A stretch of 63,692 nucleotides of DNA, counting the filler, from Octopus bimaculoides (Eukaryota), in assembly GCF_001194135.2 (NCBI RefSeq). It is 5 parts of 5 records of this genome, joined end to end, with 100 filler letters (N's around TTAATTAATTAA, not from the genome) between each part and the next. Parts side by side here need not be neighbours in the genome. Positions count along the whole stretch, not along the records: positions 62,290 to 63,692 come from NW_026314012.1; 4 more parts are not named here. The stretch is one strand, 5' to 3'. Each line of letters opens with the position of its first letter. Position 1 is the stretch's first letter. Made by a program: the position numbers and the translations under genes. The notes below the pieces were generated by a model. That model ran no database searches. It had not been told where the DNA came from and saw nothing but the letters and a program-made list of their open reading frames with translations. Positions 62,290 through 63,692 of the stretch are shown piece after piece.

Positions 62290-62879
62290 CTATGAAGGAT
62301 GGTGGGAGGATGAGGGACACAATCTTCTAATAGTTCATCAACAGCTATTTGAGGGGTGAAAAACTGGTCCAGATGGACTATATGTAATCTGAACCCNNNN
62401 NNNNNNNNNNNNNNNNNNNNNNNNNNNNNNNNNNNNNNNNNNNNNNNNNNNNNNNNNNNNNNNNNNNNNNNNNNNNNNNNNNNNNNNNNNNNNNNNNNNN
62501 NNNNNNNNNNNNNNNNNNNNNNNNNNNNNNNNNNNNNNNNNNNNNNNNNNNNNNNNNNNNNNNNNAAATAAGGGGGGGAAAGGTTCAGATTACATATAGT
62601 CCATCTCTACCGAAAAACTTATGCAAAATTGTATGATGTTTATGGCGTCTCAGCTTTTTGTACAATTCACTGAAGGAATTGCGTTCATTGTAAACTCCCG
62701 TAATTTTCATGTTGCATTCAAAATTAAGTTTATCAGCAAAAACTTGAAAACCTTCCTCTGTAAGTGCCACCCCTTTACCAATGTTCTTTGCATTCAGTTT
62801 GTCAAGTTTCCACATTCTCATTTGTATTCCCCGATTGATTTTGTTCTAATGTAAGTTGTTTGGAAGTTTTAAGATAACA

Positions 62880-63692
62880 TACTTTAAAGTTAGCTAGAGC
62901 AATGAAGTTGTACTCTTGTGAATATATTCTATCCTCACATTCTGAGAAAGATCATTTAAGTTCATTGGGTGGCTTGGTGCATTTGTATAAAGGAGCAATG
63001 CTTTGTTGGAAATACTGTCTAGCACTATAACTTTTACAAAAGAAAATGGGGAAAAGCTCTTGGTTATCCATGCCTTCTTATTTGAACANNNNNNNNNNCA
63101 GAGACGAATTTGTATAACTCAAGAAAGCCTTTGGGTTTTTTGGAATGACACCTGTTTAGAGGCTTTAATTTCATATCACCAGTGGTATTTCCTCCCAGAA
63201 GAAGCCACAGATGATTGCTAGAAGCTTTAAATCCTGGTATTGGTTTCTCTTCTCAAGAAGTAAGTTTTAGCTGACATTAGCTACTAGGAAAGAGCAATTT
63301 CATCAACATTGTCTCCTTATTCCGGTGTGTATTCCACTTCAACAATCACTTCTTTCAGTTGCATAGGATAATTAGCAGCAGTTTCTGTATCAGGACTGGC
63401 AGCTTCATTTGTGTGTTTTAAAAATTCAAGCATATCTTAAATCTTTCAAACCAGTTTTTACTAGCCAGAAATGGTTTTGCATTAGAAATTTCACCTTTGT
63501 TTTTTCTGTAAATAATTAAACAAACCTTTGGCATTTTCTTAATAACTATGATGTTTATTGATATAATGTGTTGAGTCTGATCCTCAATCCATTATAAAGA
63601 GTTGCTCCATTTTAAGCATCACATTAGTTTTATACAAAACAGGTCTGAGCTGTTAGAATAACTTCTTAGCACTTTTCTCTTCGTTACCATGT
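62880..63692 (-). mobile_element. pogo/Tigger-like transposase remnant
   Basis: FLASKNWFERFK...NEAASPDTETAANYP..LKEVI...NVDE...PGFKAS and ALLLYTNAPSHP...STTSLL, matching Tigger CENP-B HTH and DDE regions with many stops. Confidence 0.8.

Overview
Repeat-dense, gap-rich eukaryotic genomic DNA. It is inferred to be an octopus/coleoid cephalopod from its tRNA-derived SINE families and its RTE, CR1 and maT content. Five contigs are joined by 100-nt artificial linkers (N44-TTAATTAATTAA-N44). Host-gene signal is on the + strand. (1) Two consecutive exons of a mitochondrial-type serine hydroxymethyltransferase (18427-18582, 20530-20637); the first carries an in-frame TAA. (2) An Rdx-family (MIEN1/SelW2-like) gene with clear exons at 38798-38874 and 43117-43173, a canonical-looking SECIS at 44520-44601 and a candidate UGA-Sec exon at 26173-26219, i.e. 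a probable unannotated selenoprotein gene with possible SECIS-plus and SECIS-minus 3' ends. The most unusual mobile element is an intact 1.63-kb non-LTR retroelement encoding only an ORF1/gag-like protein (12412-14045, 17-bp TSD), inserted in a hammerhead-like hairpin. Also present: a solo LTR and a relative in TA tracts, RTE and CR1 LINE pieces, Merlin, maT, mariner and Tigger remnants, TTAA MITEs, a Helitron-like element, many SINEs and microsatellites. Most ORFs in the supplied track are microsatellite or N-gap artefacts. All assignments were made by eye without database searches.
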